A stretch of 49,971 nt of DNA from Candidatus Latescibacterota bacterium (GTDB lineage: Bacteria > Latescibacterota > UBA2968 > UBA8231). Both the position numbers and the translations under genes were made by a program. Positions 1 through 11,600 of this stretch are shown here, piece by piece. The notes under the pieces were generated by a model. The model was given only the letters and a program-made list of their open reading frames with translations. It made no database searches and was not told where the DNA came from. Within the stretch, counting starts at the first letter, position 1; the number at the start of each line of letters is the position of its first letter. The stretch spans positions 1 to 49,971 of the forward strand of contig CBDBIJ010000031.1 in NCBI GenBank assembly GCA_965205655.1. The letters are read 5' to 3'.

Positions 1-1
1 C

Positions 2-1888
2 GCTGTCAATTTCAACTACGAGGAGATTCGCCGCTCTCCGGGATCGGCCGGCGATATCAGCAGGCTTCTGCAGGCGATGCCGAGCGTCAACATAAACACC
101 GATCAGCGCAACGATCTCATCGTCCGCGGCGGCAGCCCGGCGGAGAATCTGACCATCGTCGACAATATCGAGATCCCGAACATCAACCACTTCCCGACCC
201 AGGGCGCCTCCGGCGGGCCGATCGGGCTGCTCAACATCGATCTGATCGACGATGTCATCTTTTACGCGGGCGGATTTTCAGCTGCCCATGGCGACCGTCT
301 CTCTTCTGTCATGATCGTCGACATGCGCGAGGGAAACCGCGACGAGTTCGACGGCGAGGCCAACATGAGCATGGCCGGGGCGGGATTCATCTTCGAGAGT
401 CCGATCCAGCGGGGGCGCGGCTCCTGGGTCTTCTCCACGCGGCGCAGTTACCTCGATCTCATCGTCGGCGCCATCGGCACCGGCGCCGTGCCCGAGTACA
501 GCGACATCCAGGGGAAGCTCGTCTACGACATCTCCCCGGCTCACAAGCTGTCCCTGCTGAGCATCAGTGGTTTCGACCACATCGACATCGAGCCGGACGA
601 CGGCGACGAGAACGACTTCGTCGTCGTCAATACCGACCAGCATGTACTGGGGGGCAATTGGCGTTGGCTGTGGGGCGCGAACGGCTATGCCAACACATCG
701 CTGGCGTTCACCCTGGCCGATTTCAGCACCGACGTTCAGGATGGCGTCACGAGAGAGCGGGTGTATGAGAATGACTCGCGCGAACGGGCGCTCGTCCTGC
801 GCAGCTCGTTCGAGTACTCGCCGGCTGCCGGCACGGCGCTGTCGGCCGGAGTGGTGGCCCGCAGGGTATTCTCCGACTACTCCATCTTCTCCGACGACGA
901 TACCAATCGCGTCGGCGCGTTCATCCCTGAGCTACGTATCGGTGAGGATATCACCGCCGCCAAGATCGGACTCTTCGTGAATTGGGAGCAGGCGCTCAGG
1001 CGGCGTCTTTCGACAACCATCGGCGTTCGCTTCGACTACTTCGACCTGAACGAGGAGTTCGATCTCGCACCGAGGCTCGCTCTTACCTACACACTGGACG
1101 AACGCACCAGCATCAACGCCGCCGCCGGTATCTATTACCAGAACTTGCCACCCCTCTTTCTCGTCCAACATCAGGACAACAGAGAGCTCGAGAATCCGCG
1201 GGCGGATCACTTCGTCCTCGGCCTGCGTCGCCGGCTCACGCCCGAGACCCTCTTCACCCTGGAGGCCTATCTCAAACGCTACTCCGAACTGCCCTACGAC
1301 CCGGATGATCCCACAGCCCCCGTCATCGACGCCTTCGCCGATTTCGGCAGCCCCACGCCGGGCAGACTCACAGGTGGCGGCGAGGCGGAATCGAAAGGGC
1401 TCGAGGCCCTGGTGCAGAAGAAACTGGCTCGGGATGTGTACGGTAGCGTCAGCTATTCGTATTCGATCTCGAAGTACACCGACCGGAATGGCGTCGAGAG
1501 GAACCGCACCTTCGACAATCGCCACCTATTTTCACTCATCTTCGGGTATCGACCTTCCGACCGCTTCGAGTACAGTGTGCGCTGGCGTTACGCCGGCGGC
1601 AGGCCGCACACGCCCTTCGACGAGCAGGCCTCTGACGAACTCGGCACCGGCATCATCGATCGCGATCGCATCAACGCCGAGCGGCTGCCATCCTACCACC
1701 GACTCGACCTGCGCTTCGACTATCGCAAGCACTACGACCGCTTCAATCTCGTATCCTTTTTCACCGTTCTGAACAGTTACAATCGCGCCAACCTCTTCAC
1801 CTTCTTCTGGGATGAGGACGAAGGCAGAGTGGACCGCATCGACCAGTGGAGCTTCCTCCCCGTCGGGGGCTTTGAGTTCGAGTTCTAG
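2..1888 (+). CDS. TonB-dependent receptor (5' end outside window)
   Basis: Frame is open from nt 2 (AVNFNYEEIRRSPGSAGDISRLLQAMPS). Plug motifs LIVRGG..EN and GGFSAAHGDRLSSV, amphipathic beta strands, C-terminal Phe (FEFEF). Confidence 0.9.
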   Translation, partial: AVNFNYEEIRRSPGSAGDISRLLQAMPSVNINTDQRNDLIVRGGSPAENLTIVDNIEIPNINHFPTQGASGGPIGLLNIDLIDDVIFYAGGFSAAHGDRLSSVMIVDMREGNRDEFDGEANMSMAGAGFIFESPIQRGRGSWVFSTRRSYLDLIVGAIGTGAVPEYSDIQGKLVYDISPAHKLSLLSISGFDHIDIEPDDGDENDFVVVNTDQHVLGGNWRWLWGANGYANTSLAFTLADFSTDVQDGVTRERVYENDSRERALVLRSSFEYSPAAGTALSAGVVARRVFSDYSIFSDDDTNRVGAFIPELRIGEDITAAKIGLFVNWEQALRRRLSTTIGVRFDYFDLNEEFDLAPRLALTYTLDERTSINAAAGIYYQNLPPLFLVQHQDNRELENPRADHFVLGLRRRLTPETLFTLEAYLKRYSELPYDPDDPTAPVIDAFADFGSPTPGRLTGGGEAESKGLEALVQKKLARDVYGSVSYSYSISKYTDRNGVERNRTFDNRHLFSLIFGYRPSDRFEYSVRWRYAGGRPHTPFDEQASDELGTGIIDRDRINAERLPSYHRLDLRFDYRKHYDRFNLVSFFTVLNSYNRANLFTFFWDEDEGRVDRIDQWSFLPVGGFEFEF

Positions 1889-1896
1889 CCGACAGC

Positions 1897-2833
1897 TTAC
1901 TGCCCGCTTTCGAGCGCAGCCTGCCGCCCGTACGCCCCGCTCACTCTCCGCGGCCCGTCCTTTAATCGCATAAACGCGCCCGAGCTCGCGCCAGACCGTG
2001 GGATTGTCCGGCGAGCGCTCGCTCAGCAGCTCCAGCCTAGGCAGCGCCTCGTCCACTTTGCCGGCCGCCAAGTACGTCACTGCCAGATTGAAGAGAGCGT
2101 CGTCGTCATCGGGTTCGAGCGCCAAGGCGTTTTCGGGAGCGACCTCGATCAGACGCCGGTAGGCCTCGATTGCTTCTCCCGAACGCCCCATACTCTCGTG
2201 CGCAACGGCGTAGCTCTGCAGCCCCTCCGCGTGATCGGGATTCAGCTCCAGCAGCCTCGACAGCGCCGCCACAGCGTCGTCGGCGTTTCCCGCCGCCATC
2301 TCGACCGCGCCCAGATTGAGCCAGGTGGTTTCATCGGTGGAGTCCACCCTGGCGGCGCGGCGGTAGGCCTCTGCCGCTGCATCCAGGCTGTCGAGCTGAA
2401 AATAGACGTAGCCGAGATTGCGCCACCCCTGCGGCGCAGTCGGATCGGCAATCGTCGAATTGAGAAAGGCTCCGACGGCGGCGCCGTATTCACTCAGCTC
2501 TGTGCCGGCGAGTTCGACGCCGCGGTTGTATTCGTCGGTGAAGTACTGTTGCCGCACCGAGGCGATTCGATCGGCGTATGTCTCACCGAGCTCGAAACAG
2601 TGGTCGAATGAGGCCGACATAGCCGCGAAGTTCCCCTCACCGGCGTGGGCCCTGCCCAGAAGGAAGAGCAGCTCGGCGTCATCCGGCCTGGTGACGAGCG
2701 CTTCTTCGAGAGCCGCGCGCGCCTTCCCGTACTCCTCCTCCTGAAGATAGATCTTGCCAGTCGTCAGTCCGGGCTGACAGCCACTCGCCGTCATCGCGAG
2801 CGGCAGGGCATAGAACGCTAGCCGCTTGAACAT
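1897..2833 (-). CDS. TPR-repeat lipoprotein (probable +1 frameshift near the 3' end)
   Basis: Lipobox TASGC and multiple TPRs (WRNLGYVY, WLNLGAV, WRELGRVY). Removing one base of the C4 run at 1935-1938 gives ...ERAYGRQAALESGQ* ending at 1897, which avoids a long overlap with the receptor gene. Confidence 0.8.
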
Positions 2834-2873
2834 AGACTCTATGTTTCGGGAAATGCGCCGCGCGCCCTCTGGG

Positions 2874-4049
2874 TCAGAATGCGGTTGCCAGCTGTAATCC
2901 GATCATGTTGTCGCCGTCGTCCGGCGCCGCCTCATCCCAGGAGTTCAGCTGCACGATCGCCTTGGCGCGAACATTGCGCTCGATGTAGTACTCCAGTCCC
3001 GTCTCCACCCGTCGAACATTGTAATCCCAGGCAACCTTGCCGCCATTGCCGTCGTCGATTTCATCATACCTCAGCTGGCCCAGTCGCAGTGAGTAGCGCA
3101 GCCTTGGTTTGAGGGCGACGGTGCCCTCGACGTAGCCGCCGGTGAGGCCGAGGGAGTCTTTCACGTTAGCTACGTCCCACTGGTTTCTCACAGCTTCGAG
3201 AAAAAACTCGCAACGCCAGACGCTGTACGCGGCGTCGATGCCGACGATGAGCTGGTTGAAGTCCTCCACAGACTTGCCGTCGGGAAAATCCGAATCGCTG
3301 GCGGCGCCCTCCTCGAGATAGGGTCCGTAGGCCCCTGACACACCGAGCTTCCAGCCCATGGTCGGCTGAATTCCCACTCGGGCCACGAGCTGGGCGCCGT
3401 CGTTGCTGGTGGCTGCTGGATTCGACAGGGCGCCCTTCGTCAACGCCACCGCGTAGTTGAAGCTCTCGGTGGCACCGAAGACCTGCAGACCGGTGTTCCA
3501 GCAGGCGTCGTATATCGTCGGCAGTCCTCGACTCTGGTAGGTGGGTCCGCCGGGGTCACCCCGACGAGCCAACTGATCTGCCGCGTCACGGGGCACGCTG
3601 TTGCCGCGGACGGCCGAGAAGTAGTGGTAGATGAGAGGCAGCCCGATGAGGGGGTTCACGGTGGCGAAGGAACGCGAGGCGTAGGTGCCGAACACCGAGG
3701 CCATCTTGCCGGCGAGCAGGTTCACTGAGTCCTTCCCGCGTACGCCGTTGAAGATGACGTAGGCTCCCTCCATCTCGAAATGGCCCAGTCCCTCGTCGAA
3801 CAGGATGGTCGTAAAGACGTCGACCTGATCGGTGACGGCGGCATCTGCGAAAAGACGGGTCCTGACGAGGCTGAAGGAGCTCTGGCCCTTGATGCTCGAA
3901 TTCAAACGCGAGCTGCGCTCGTCCGAGTTTTTGCCGACGTCGTGTTTGTAGGCGATGTCGACGCTGCCCGACAGGTCGATCTGGGCGGTGCCCCTGCTCA
4001 GCGGCAGGCACGCCAGAGCGAAGGCGAGGATACCAATCTTGGCTCTCAC
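2874..4049 (-). CDS. Outer-membrane beta-barrel / porin-like protein
   Basis: Signal peptide, alternating beta strands, C-terminal LQLATAF. The GTG start overlaps the upstream cyclase stop (GTGA). Confidence 0.7.
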   Translation of the reverse strand: MRAKIGILAFALACLPLSRGTAQIDLSGSVDIAYKHDVGKNSDERSSRLNSSIKGQSSFSLVRTRLFADAAVTDQVDVFTTILFDEGLGHFEMEGAYVIFNGVRGKDSVNLLAGKMASVFGTYASRSFATVNPLIGLPLIYHYFSAVRGNSVPRDAADQLARRGDPGGPTYQSRGLPTIYDACWNTGLQVFGATESFNYAVALTKGALSNPAATSNDGAQLVARVGIQPTMGWKLGVSGAYGPYLEEGAASDSDFPDGKSVEDFNQLIVGIDAAYSVWRCEFFLEAVRNQWDVANVKDSLGLTGGYVEGTVALKPRLRYSLRLGQLRYDEIDDGNGGKVAWDYNVRRVETGLEYYIERNVRAKAIVQLNSWDEAAPDDGDNMIGLQLATAF

Positions 4050-5807
4050 GTCCCTCCGTCTCCTTTCACTTCGGCTGGCGCCGCTGCCTCCGCCGGCGCC
4101 TCGACGTCACCCGACGCCCCGTCGCCCGACACGGAGATATCGGCTATCTCCATCTCGTCGGAAAACCCCTTGAAGGACATCATCTCCGTGCCCTTTATCG
4201 GTGCTGGTGAGTCCATGCGGTCGATCAGTTCGCGCCTGATAAGGATCTGTCCGGGCTGCGCAACCGCACACAGGCGGGCCCCGAGGTTCACGGCCGCTCC
4301 GATGGCGGTGTAGTCGAGTCTGTTCTGCGCCCCCCATGTTGCCGAGAATGACCGATCCGTGATTGATGCCTATCCCAATCCAGATTGGGACCGGATCTGT
4401 CTTGTGCTCCTCTTCGACGCGTCGTTCGATCTCGATCGCACAGGAGATCGCCCGGTTGAGGCAGTCGTCACCGATAAACAGCGCCATCATTTCGTCACCG
4501 ACAAATTTGTCGATCGACCCGTTGTAGGTTGGCACGATCTCGGCCTGAAAGCCGAGATACCGGTTCAGCATCGAAATCACTTCTTCGGGCGCTCGATGTT
4601 CGCCGAAGGCGGTGAAACCGCGGATGTCCGTGAACATGACCGTCAGCTGCCGGCGCGCGCCCCCAAGTGGCACCTCGGCGTCCGAGGCCTGTTGAATCAT
4701 CTCCATCGTGTGAGAGCCCACGTATTTCATCAGCTTGAGGCGCTCACGCAGGTTGACGATCATGTCGTTGAAGGTGTCGGTGAGCAGGCCGATCTCGTCT
4801 CGCGTCGACGATTTCAGCGACACGCTGAGATCTCCCTCCTTCACCTGGTTCATTCCTGCCACGAGTCGCAGAACCGGCCTGGTGAGCGTACGCCCGAGCA
4901 CGAGCGCCAGAAAAACCGTGACGCCGAGGCTCAATCCGGCGGTGAGGTAGATCTTGCCCTGAATTTCGCGGAGGATCTTCAGCTCGAAACTCTTGCGGGC
5001 GGTGGCGACGTAGTAGGCGGGCTCCCCCACGCCGAGCGGAGAGATGAAGGCGAAGACCTCGTTGTCGACAAATGTGCCCTCGAAGACGTCGCTGGCTGCC
5101 AATGACCCCATCACCTCCTCCACTTCGTACATCGTGTTCTGTCGCAGGGAATCCAGATCCGCGTCTGTGAGCGACTCCACCGTAGAGGCGATGAGATTTC
5201 CGCCGTTCAGGAAGGTGATGTCAGTCTCCGAATCGCCCTTCAGATCAAGGGCCTCGACTCGCGTGATCTGGGCCCCGAGTGTAACAGTGCCGATAATCGT
5301 GTCGTCGTTGAGCCAGATAGGCACGGTCGCGATTTGGAACAGGCTCCCATCCACCTGCCACAGCTCCGGTAGCTCGCTGGGGTCCCGCACCGACCCTTCG
5401 AGCGCCCTGGCGATGCTTTTTCTCTCCGTCAGGTCTTCTCCGTGTCGGTCGGGTTCGCCGAGCCAGGCGAGCAGCGTGCCGTTCGCGTCCGTGACGATGA
5501 AGAGATCGGCGAGCACGAAGCGCGACAGGTCCTCCAAAAAGATGTACACCGAGGGTGGGTTGTTCAGCTTCACGTTCGCCTTGAACGACGTGTTTTCGCC
5601 GAACAGCGTCGCCGCATCGAACAAGTAGATGTAGCGCAGCTCCTGCTCCCGCTTGAAGGTCCGTTCCGATTGCTTGAAATCGTGGCTCACCTTCTCTTTG
5701 ATGGCTACTTCCAGATCGCTGCTCACCGAGCTCAGAACGCCCGTGAGCACAACAGCGGTGAGTCCGGCCAGCAGAATGAACAGCTTCTTGCGGATGGTGA
5801 GCTTCAT
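4046..5807 (-). CDS. Membrane class III adenylate cyclase (TM-periplasmic sensor-TM-HAMP-cyclase), frameshifted at ~4330-4335
   Basis: HAMP (DEIGLLTDTFNDM), FTDIRGFT, DKFVGDE. Removing one base of the C6 run restores GNMGAQNRLDYTAIGAAVNLGARLC and joins ORFs 4107..5807 and 4046..4291. Confidence 0.88.
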
Positions 5808-5816
5808 CGGAGTGCG

Positions 5817-6527
5817 TCACTCAGTGACGACGAAATTCCTCGTCACTGCCTCGCCTGCGCCCAGTTGGAGCTGCTCGACGATTCCCTCGAAGTCCGGATG
5901 GAAAATGCGCACGTCGTAGGTACCGGACGGTAGCCCGGCTAGCGAAAAGGCGCCCGTCGAATTCACACGGGCGAAGTACGGGGTATCCAGGCTCAGTATC
6001 GTGGAATTCATCTGAGGGTGGATGTCGCAGAAGAGTTCGATCTCACCCGGCTTTTCGATAGTGTGTGTGACGACCTTGCCTGTGGGCACCCTGCCAATGT
6101 CAAAATCGGCGCCGGGCGTCAGGCTGAAGACGTTGTGATATACCTTGTCGTGATTGACGAAATCGACCTCGGAGCCCACGGTGACCGGTAGCACTCGGGG
6201 CTGGAAGGTCACCTCCATCTGATCCATTCGCGGATTCTCGGCCAGCGGCTTCAGCTGCGGCTCGAAAGAGAGCGGGTGAGCGCTCACAATGATGCTTTCG
6301 AGTGGAGATTTCTTCTTCGACTTCTTTTTCTGTGTGCGGCCGGCGGTTGACAGACGGTTGCGGTACTCGCTGCCGCGAAACGTCCGCTTCTTCACTTTTG
6401 GTGCGGGAAGCGAGACCGTGCCGCGCAGCGATGCGTCCTGTGCAGAGACCGGACAGGGACGGGGCCAGACGAGGAGGGCGACACAGAGTGCCGTCAGAGC
6501 AACGCACTTGTTCACGGAGAACTGCAC
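5817..6527 (-). CDS. Secreted cupredoxin-like protein with carboxypeptidase-regulatory-like flanks
   Basis: Signal peptide; FQPRVLPV..GSEVDFVN.D..HNVFS; type-1 Cu motif FCDIHPQM; GAFSLAGLPSGTY. Confidence 0.8.
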   Translation of the reverse strand: MQFSVNKCVALTALCVALLVWPRPCPVSAQDASLRGTVSLPAPKVKKRTFRGSEYRNRLSTAGRTQKKKSKKKSPLESIIVSAHPLSFEPQLKPLAENPRMDQMEVTFQPRVLPVTVGSEVDFVNHDKVYHNVFSLTPGADFDIGRVPTGKVVTHTIEKPGEIELFCDIHPQMNSTILSLDTPYFARVNSTGAFSLAGLPSGTYDVRIFHPDFEGIVEQLQLGAGEAVTRNFVVTE

Positions 6528-6601
6528 CTCGATCTTATTCCCTGCCTGTGAGTTGTGGCGCCCGAATTCGCTTGCGTCGAGCCCTACCGTTCTACCGTAT
6601 C

Positions 6602-6610
6602 TGCTATAAT
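6602..6610 (+). promoter_or_regulatory. Extended -10 sigma70 promoter element
   Basis: TGCTATAAT ~55 nt upstream of the 6668 start, in an AT-rich divergent intergenic region. Confidence 0.55.
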
Positions 6611-6667
6611 TAGTTACAATTTACCACCCAGCCCTCGGCGATTCAAGAAAGGCTCTAACACCACTTG

Positions 6668-8626
6668 GTGAAACAGATCCTGGCTCAGGTGCTCGAGAAT
6701 CTGGACGAGATTCTCGACCGATATGACGAGGCGGCGCAGGAACTGCTCGAAGTCGCCCGCCTCGACGGGCACTTCGATGGTCGCGACCCGGATGCGCTCA
6801 GATGGCCGCGCAGCGCCCGGCCGGGAGAGCCTGTCGACCTCGCCGATCTCGAGGCCCGGGCCGAGCTCATCCAGACCATCTACGCCGGCACACCCCCGCG
6901 CCGCGATCGCCGACTCCTGGAGGCATTCGAGAGGTACGGCCGGGTTCTACCAGCCTACCACACGGCGAATCGAATCTTCCTGCAGGTGCAGCGTCAGTTT
7001 CTCTCGCGTCAGCTCGGCGACGAAGCCGATTTCCTGCAGCTCTATCAGAGTGTCTACCTCGAGGCACTCGGCCGCGAAAATCCCATCCCCCTCGATGAAG
7101 CAGAGGCCGCCCTCGTCGAGTTTCGCGTCGCCCGGGCGCCGCTGTCACATGCCCAGTCGGTGGCCGAGAAGCTCCAGACAGAACCCGACACCGCCGACCC
7201 GCGGTGGACACACCGGTACACCTACGACGTCGGTGGCGGGCCGCGGGAAGATACCTTGAGAGAGATTCTCCTCGGCGTCGCCGTGAATGTCGTCGATGTG
7301 CTCGCCGCCGGTGAGCACCTGGCCATTCGCTACAACACCTTCAGCAACTTCGTCTGGTTCGGCGTCTCGGTGTGGCGGGCGGTGAGTGATATCGAGCTGT
7401 TGCTCGCTCGGCTGCAGGGAATGGTGGCCCGTCGGTGGCTGCGCAAGCTCGAAAACTTCCTGCGCCTGGCGCAGGCGATGATGCTCAAGTTCCTGCAGGC
7501 GCACCTCGAGGACCCGGCTCAGATTCGACCGAAGGATTACTGGTATGGTCAGGAGTACAGCTATTTGACGCGGGACCTCGTCGACCTGATTCGGGGCTTG
7601 ATCGATGGGGCCAACAAGCTGCGGCGGCGCGCTCGCGGAATCGACGTCGACGCGGTGCCGCCGATCGCCGGCCTGCCAATCCTGGAAGGTGATGCAGCTG
7701 GACGTTTTCTCGAGTTCGCCCACGTCGGGCGCCGGGGCGAGATATCGCGCTGGCAGCGAGCGGGCCGTCTCGCTTCCTGGGTGCGTATCTTTCGTGAGAG
7801 GGCGCGTCGAACAGTGGCTCTGAAACGCGCTGAACCCGACGGTCGCAAGCGGCGCTCAGCGGCCTGGAAGAACGCCGTCGATTGGTCCCGCCGCACTCTC
7901 GACCTGTTCGACATCGACGTGCGGATCATCATCGACACCGAATTCGCAGCAGTCGCCGCCGACATGGATCTGTCCAATACCGCGCGCCGAATCGTCTTCT
8001 TTCCAACCCATCAGAGTCTCATGGATCATCCGGTGATGCAGCATGTGCTGGTTGCCCCCGAGCTCCTCGAGGCCATGGGATGGCGAGAGCCGGTGGCCTG
8101 CTGCATGCTCGCCCGTTCCGGTCTGATGGACCCGTGCAGCATTCCCATCGGCTCGCGTCGCATCTCCCTGCTCGGGGTGAATTCGAAAACCGCCGATCAG
8201 CTGGTGAAGGATGTCGATGGTTACGTCATCATCGACCGGGGAGACGACAGCGCTCGTCCCGCCGCCGAGTTCGCCAAGGTCCTCGACGACCGGCCCGGGG
8301 TGGCCTACGGCGCCGGCACTACCTCCGCTTTCGATCTTCAGGTCCTGCCCATGCAGCACGCCCTCTTGGCCTATCTTCCCGACGACGTCGTCATCATCCC
8401 CATCGCCATGCGCGGTATCCACTCTCTGTGGCCGAAGTGCCCGAAAGGCAACGCGTGCATCAATTCCGGCGTCGTGGACGTGGTCATCTCACCTCCCATG
8501 CTCGGTGAGACCACATTGCTGCCGAGAAGACGCGCCCTGCGAACACAGCTGGAACCGGCGACCCTCTTCCAGGCCGTCCATATCGCCACCCTGCTCGATC
8601 CCGAGCCTCAAAACAGGCTCAGTTGA
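6668..8626 (+). CDS. Large protein: unknown helical N-terminal region plus C-terminal PlsC/LPLAT acyltransferase domain
   Basis: HxxxxD motif PTHQSLMD, IIDR, YGAGTTS (block III-like), IIPIAMRG...WPK. Confidence 0.65.
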   Translation: MKQILAQVLENLDEILDRYDEAAQELLEVARLDGHFDGRDPDALRWPRSARPGEPVDLADLEARAELIQTIYAGTPPRRDRRLLEAFERYGRVLPAYHTANRIFLQVQRQFLSRQLGDEADFLQLYQSVYLEALGRENPIPLDEAEAALVEFRVARAPLSHAQSVAEKLQTEPDTADPRWTHRYTYDVGGGPREDTLREILLGVAVNVVDVLAAGEHLAIRYNTFSNFVWFGVSVWRAVSDIELLLARLQGMVARRWLRKLENFLRLAQAMMLKFLQAHLEDPAQIRPKDYWYGQEYSYLTRDLVDLIRGLIDGANKLRRRARGIDVDAVPPIAGLPILEGDAAGRFLEFAHVGRRGEISRWQRAGRLASWVRIFRERARRTVALKRAEPDGRKRRSAAWKNAVDWSRRTLDLFDIDVRIIIDTEFAAVAADMDLSNTARRIVFFPTHQSLMDHPVMQHVLVAPELLEAMGWREPVACCMLARSGLMDPCSIPIGSRRISLLGVNSKTADQLVKDVDGYVIIDRGDDSARPAAEFAKVLDDRPGVAYGAGTTSAFDLQVLPMQHALLAYLPDDVVIIPIAMRGIHSLWPKCPKGNACINSGVVDVVISPPMLGETTLLPRRRALRTQLEPATLFQAVHIATLLDPEPQNRLS

Positions 8627-11600
8627 TCGGCCCGCTCCCTGCGGGGCAGCTGCACCACCTCTTCTGCCACGAGGTCGACGGGCAGCTGCAGGACGAATGG
8701 GGATAGCTCGGGCTGCAGCTGCTTTCCATAGCGACTTCGCCGCTGCGCCCGAAGAAGCACAATGCGCTCTCGCGCCCGCGTCAGGGCTACGTAGAGCAGG
8801 CGCCGCTCCTCATCCACATCGACCGATCGTCCCGGCTCTCGCAGCGGCGGCAGGCCATCCTCGGCTCCGCAGATAAGGACGACGGGAAACTCGAGCCCCT
8901 TGGCGGCGTGCATCGTCATCAACGTCACCGCCTCTACCGCGACCCCGCCACAGCGCTCCACCTCCACATCCGCATCGGTTCCGAGGACGAGCGTGTCCAG
9001 CAGCTCCGCCACCGATGACATCGCCTCCGCCATGGCGATCAGTCGCTCATAGCCTTCAGCGAAGTTGACGGCTTCGGTAGAGAGCTCCGACTGCAACATC
9101 AACAGGATGTCGACGGGCCTCTTCCGATCGATGATCGCTCGGTATTCAGCCGCCCGCCGCCACACTTCATCCAGTTTCGCGGCCGTCGCCGGCGGCAGTC
9201 GGCGGCGCAGCGATTCAGGTGACACATCTCCTCCGATCCCGGCTGCGATGCGCGCCATCACCTTCTTCCCGGGATGAAACCCGGGTTGTCGCAACAGCTG
9301 CATGAAGCGCAGTGGTGATGACGGCTCGACGGCGTGTCGCAGAAAGGCGACGACCTGGCGCACGGCTGGCTCTTCCAGAAAACCCGTCTGCCCGATGAAA
9401 CGGTACGGAAGCCCCTCCGTCAGGAAACAGCCTTCAAGTACGGATCCCTGACGGCCTGTGCGGAAGAGCACTGCTATATCGCCAAAACCAAATCCCCCGT
9501 CTCCACCGCCGCCATCGGCCTGGTGTCGGTCGGTTTGCACCATATCGGCGCCGCCCACGAGTCGACTGATCTCTCGCACGACCGCGATACCTTCAGCCGT
9601 TTCACTCGGCGTTGTGACTAGCCGTATCCGATCACTCGCCGACGGTAGCGGTCGGGCGACCAGCGCATCGTGCGGTGCGGATACGGCGCAGTTCGCCTCA
9701 GTGTCTCCGTCGGTGAGTGCGGCGGCGGCTCGAACGATAGGAGCCTGCGAGCGGTAGTTCCGCCTCATTGTGAAGGTCTGCACAGTCGCGAAGTCGTCGG
9801 ACAGGGTCCTGAAACACTCCGGGTCGGCGCCGCGAAACCCGTATATAGCCTGATTCGGGTCCCCTATGACGAAGAGGCCTGTACCGGGTCCCGATATGAG
9901 TCTGACAAGGCGGTACTGCACCGGGTTCACATCCTGGAACTCGTCCACGAGCAAGTACTCTATCTGTTCGCGAACCCGCTGCCTCGTCTCGGCATCCGTT
10001 TCGAGCAGGTACAGCAGATCGAGCAGGATGTCGTCGTAGTCGCGGGCGTGGTAGGCCCTCGCCATCTCCCCGCCATCGGGATCTGCCGCCTTGGATTTCA
10101 GGAGAGAGATCTGCTCCAGAGCGGCGGCCGCTTTGAGCGGTAGACCTTCCTCTTCGATCACTTCGGCGAGCACTGCCCGGGCTTCCCATCGGTCGAGCAC
10201 GGTGTTGCGGCCGGCGTTGCCGTACCGTGCGTTCAGATCGAGAGCGAGCCTGTGAAACGTGCCGACGGTGAGCTGCTCACACCGCTCCTCCGGCAGCTGG
10301 GCGACCAACCGTTGCCTCATCTCCGCCGCCGCGCGGTTCGTGAAGGTGACTGCCGCGATGCGATCTGCAGCCGTACCTCGCCGAATCAGGTGGACGATCC
10401 GGTGCGTCAGGGTGCGCGTCTTGCCCAAACCAGGGCCCGCGATCACGACGATGGGGCCGCCTTCCGCCTCGGCGGCGAGTCGCTGCTCCCCGTCCAGGCT
10501 CGATGCGCCGGCGGCGGCGGGAAGCAGGGAGTCCTGCACGAACGTCGCGGCCGTGTCGATGAGATCATCCACCAGCCGCTTCCGCGCCGGATCCGCTGCC
10601 ATCTCCTGCAACACAGCTGCCGCCCCTGTGGTCGCCGACATGTCGAAGAGCCTCGCCTGCCCTTGCAGCTGTTTGCGCTCCTCTTCGGTGAAGACCTCGA
10701 TTTCGCCGAACTCACCGTCGTAACCCGGCTCGATGTGTATTGTTCCGGCGCGCATTCGCCGTACCGCCTCGGCTACGAGGGGCTCGTCGCAGGCGGCGAT
10801 CTGTTCGGTCGGCGCGAATCGCAGGATATCCAGCTCGGGGCCGAGCCGCTCGATGAGGCTGTGATAGATCCCCTGCACCTTCTTGCTGTTCGGTCCGACG
10901 TCGACGGCCGAGCCGATTACCTCCGCCAGCGGTACGAGGTACTCGAACTGGCCCCTGATCGCCTCCTCTTCGGCGCGATCGGCCAGCTTCTCCACCCGAT
11001 GCAGCACGCCCACCGTCACTTTGCGACCGCATTGGGGGCACAGGCCACCGGCCGCCAGGGTTTGACTTGGCTTCCAGCGCACGCCGCATTTGCGGTGCCC
11101 GTCGTAGTGGTACTTGCCGTTCCTCCGGGTAGAACTCGATGGTGCCCGCAAAGCGGCTCGGATCTCCGCTTCTGAGTGCGTCGAGAATGGCCGGGTAGGA
11201 CAGGTCGGTGTCGAAGCAGGTCGCTTCGCGCGCCAGCTTGCGCGGCGAGTGCGCGTCGGAGTTCGACACGATACTGTAGCGATCGAGGGCGGACAGCCTG
11301 CCGTTCATCGGCGGGTCCGAGGACAACCCCGTCTCCACGGCGTGGATGTGGGGCAGCAGGTCCTCGTAGCACTCCTCCAGGCTGTCGAACCCGGAGCTGG
11401 CGCCGAGCGCGGCGAAGTGAGGCGTCCAGATGTGAGCCGGAATGAAGAGGACATCGGGACACACTTCGAGGCAGATCTCGAGCAGGTCGCGGCTGTCCAG
11501 TCCCAGTATCGGCCTGCCGTCCGACTTGAGATTGCCGATAGCGCCGAGGCGCCGATTCAGATCGTCGACGCTGTCGAAGTCGGGGAGAATGACGACGTTG

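Noticed and set aside
1532..1896. Long antisense overlap between the TPR gene and the TonB receptor
   Set aside because: Explained by the single-base frameshift at ~1935; the corrected stop is at 1897.
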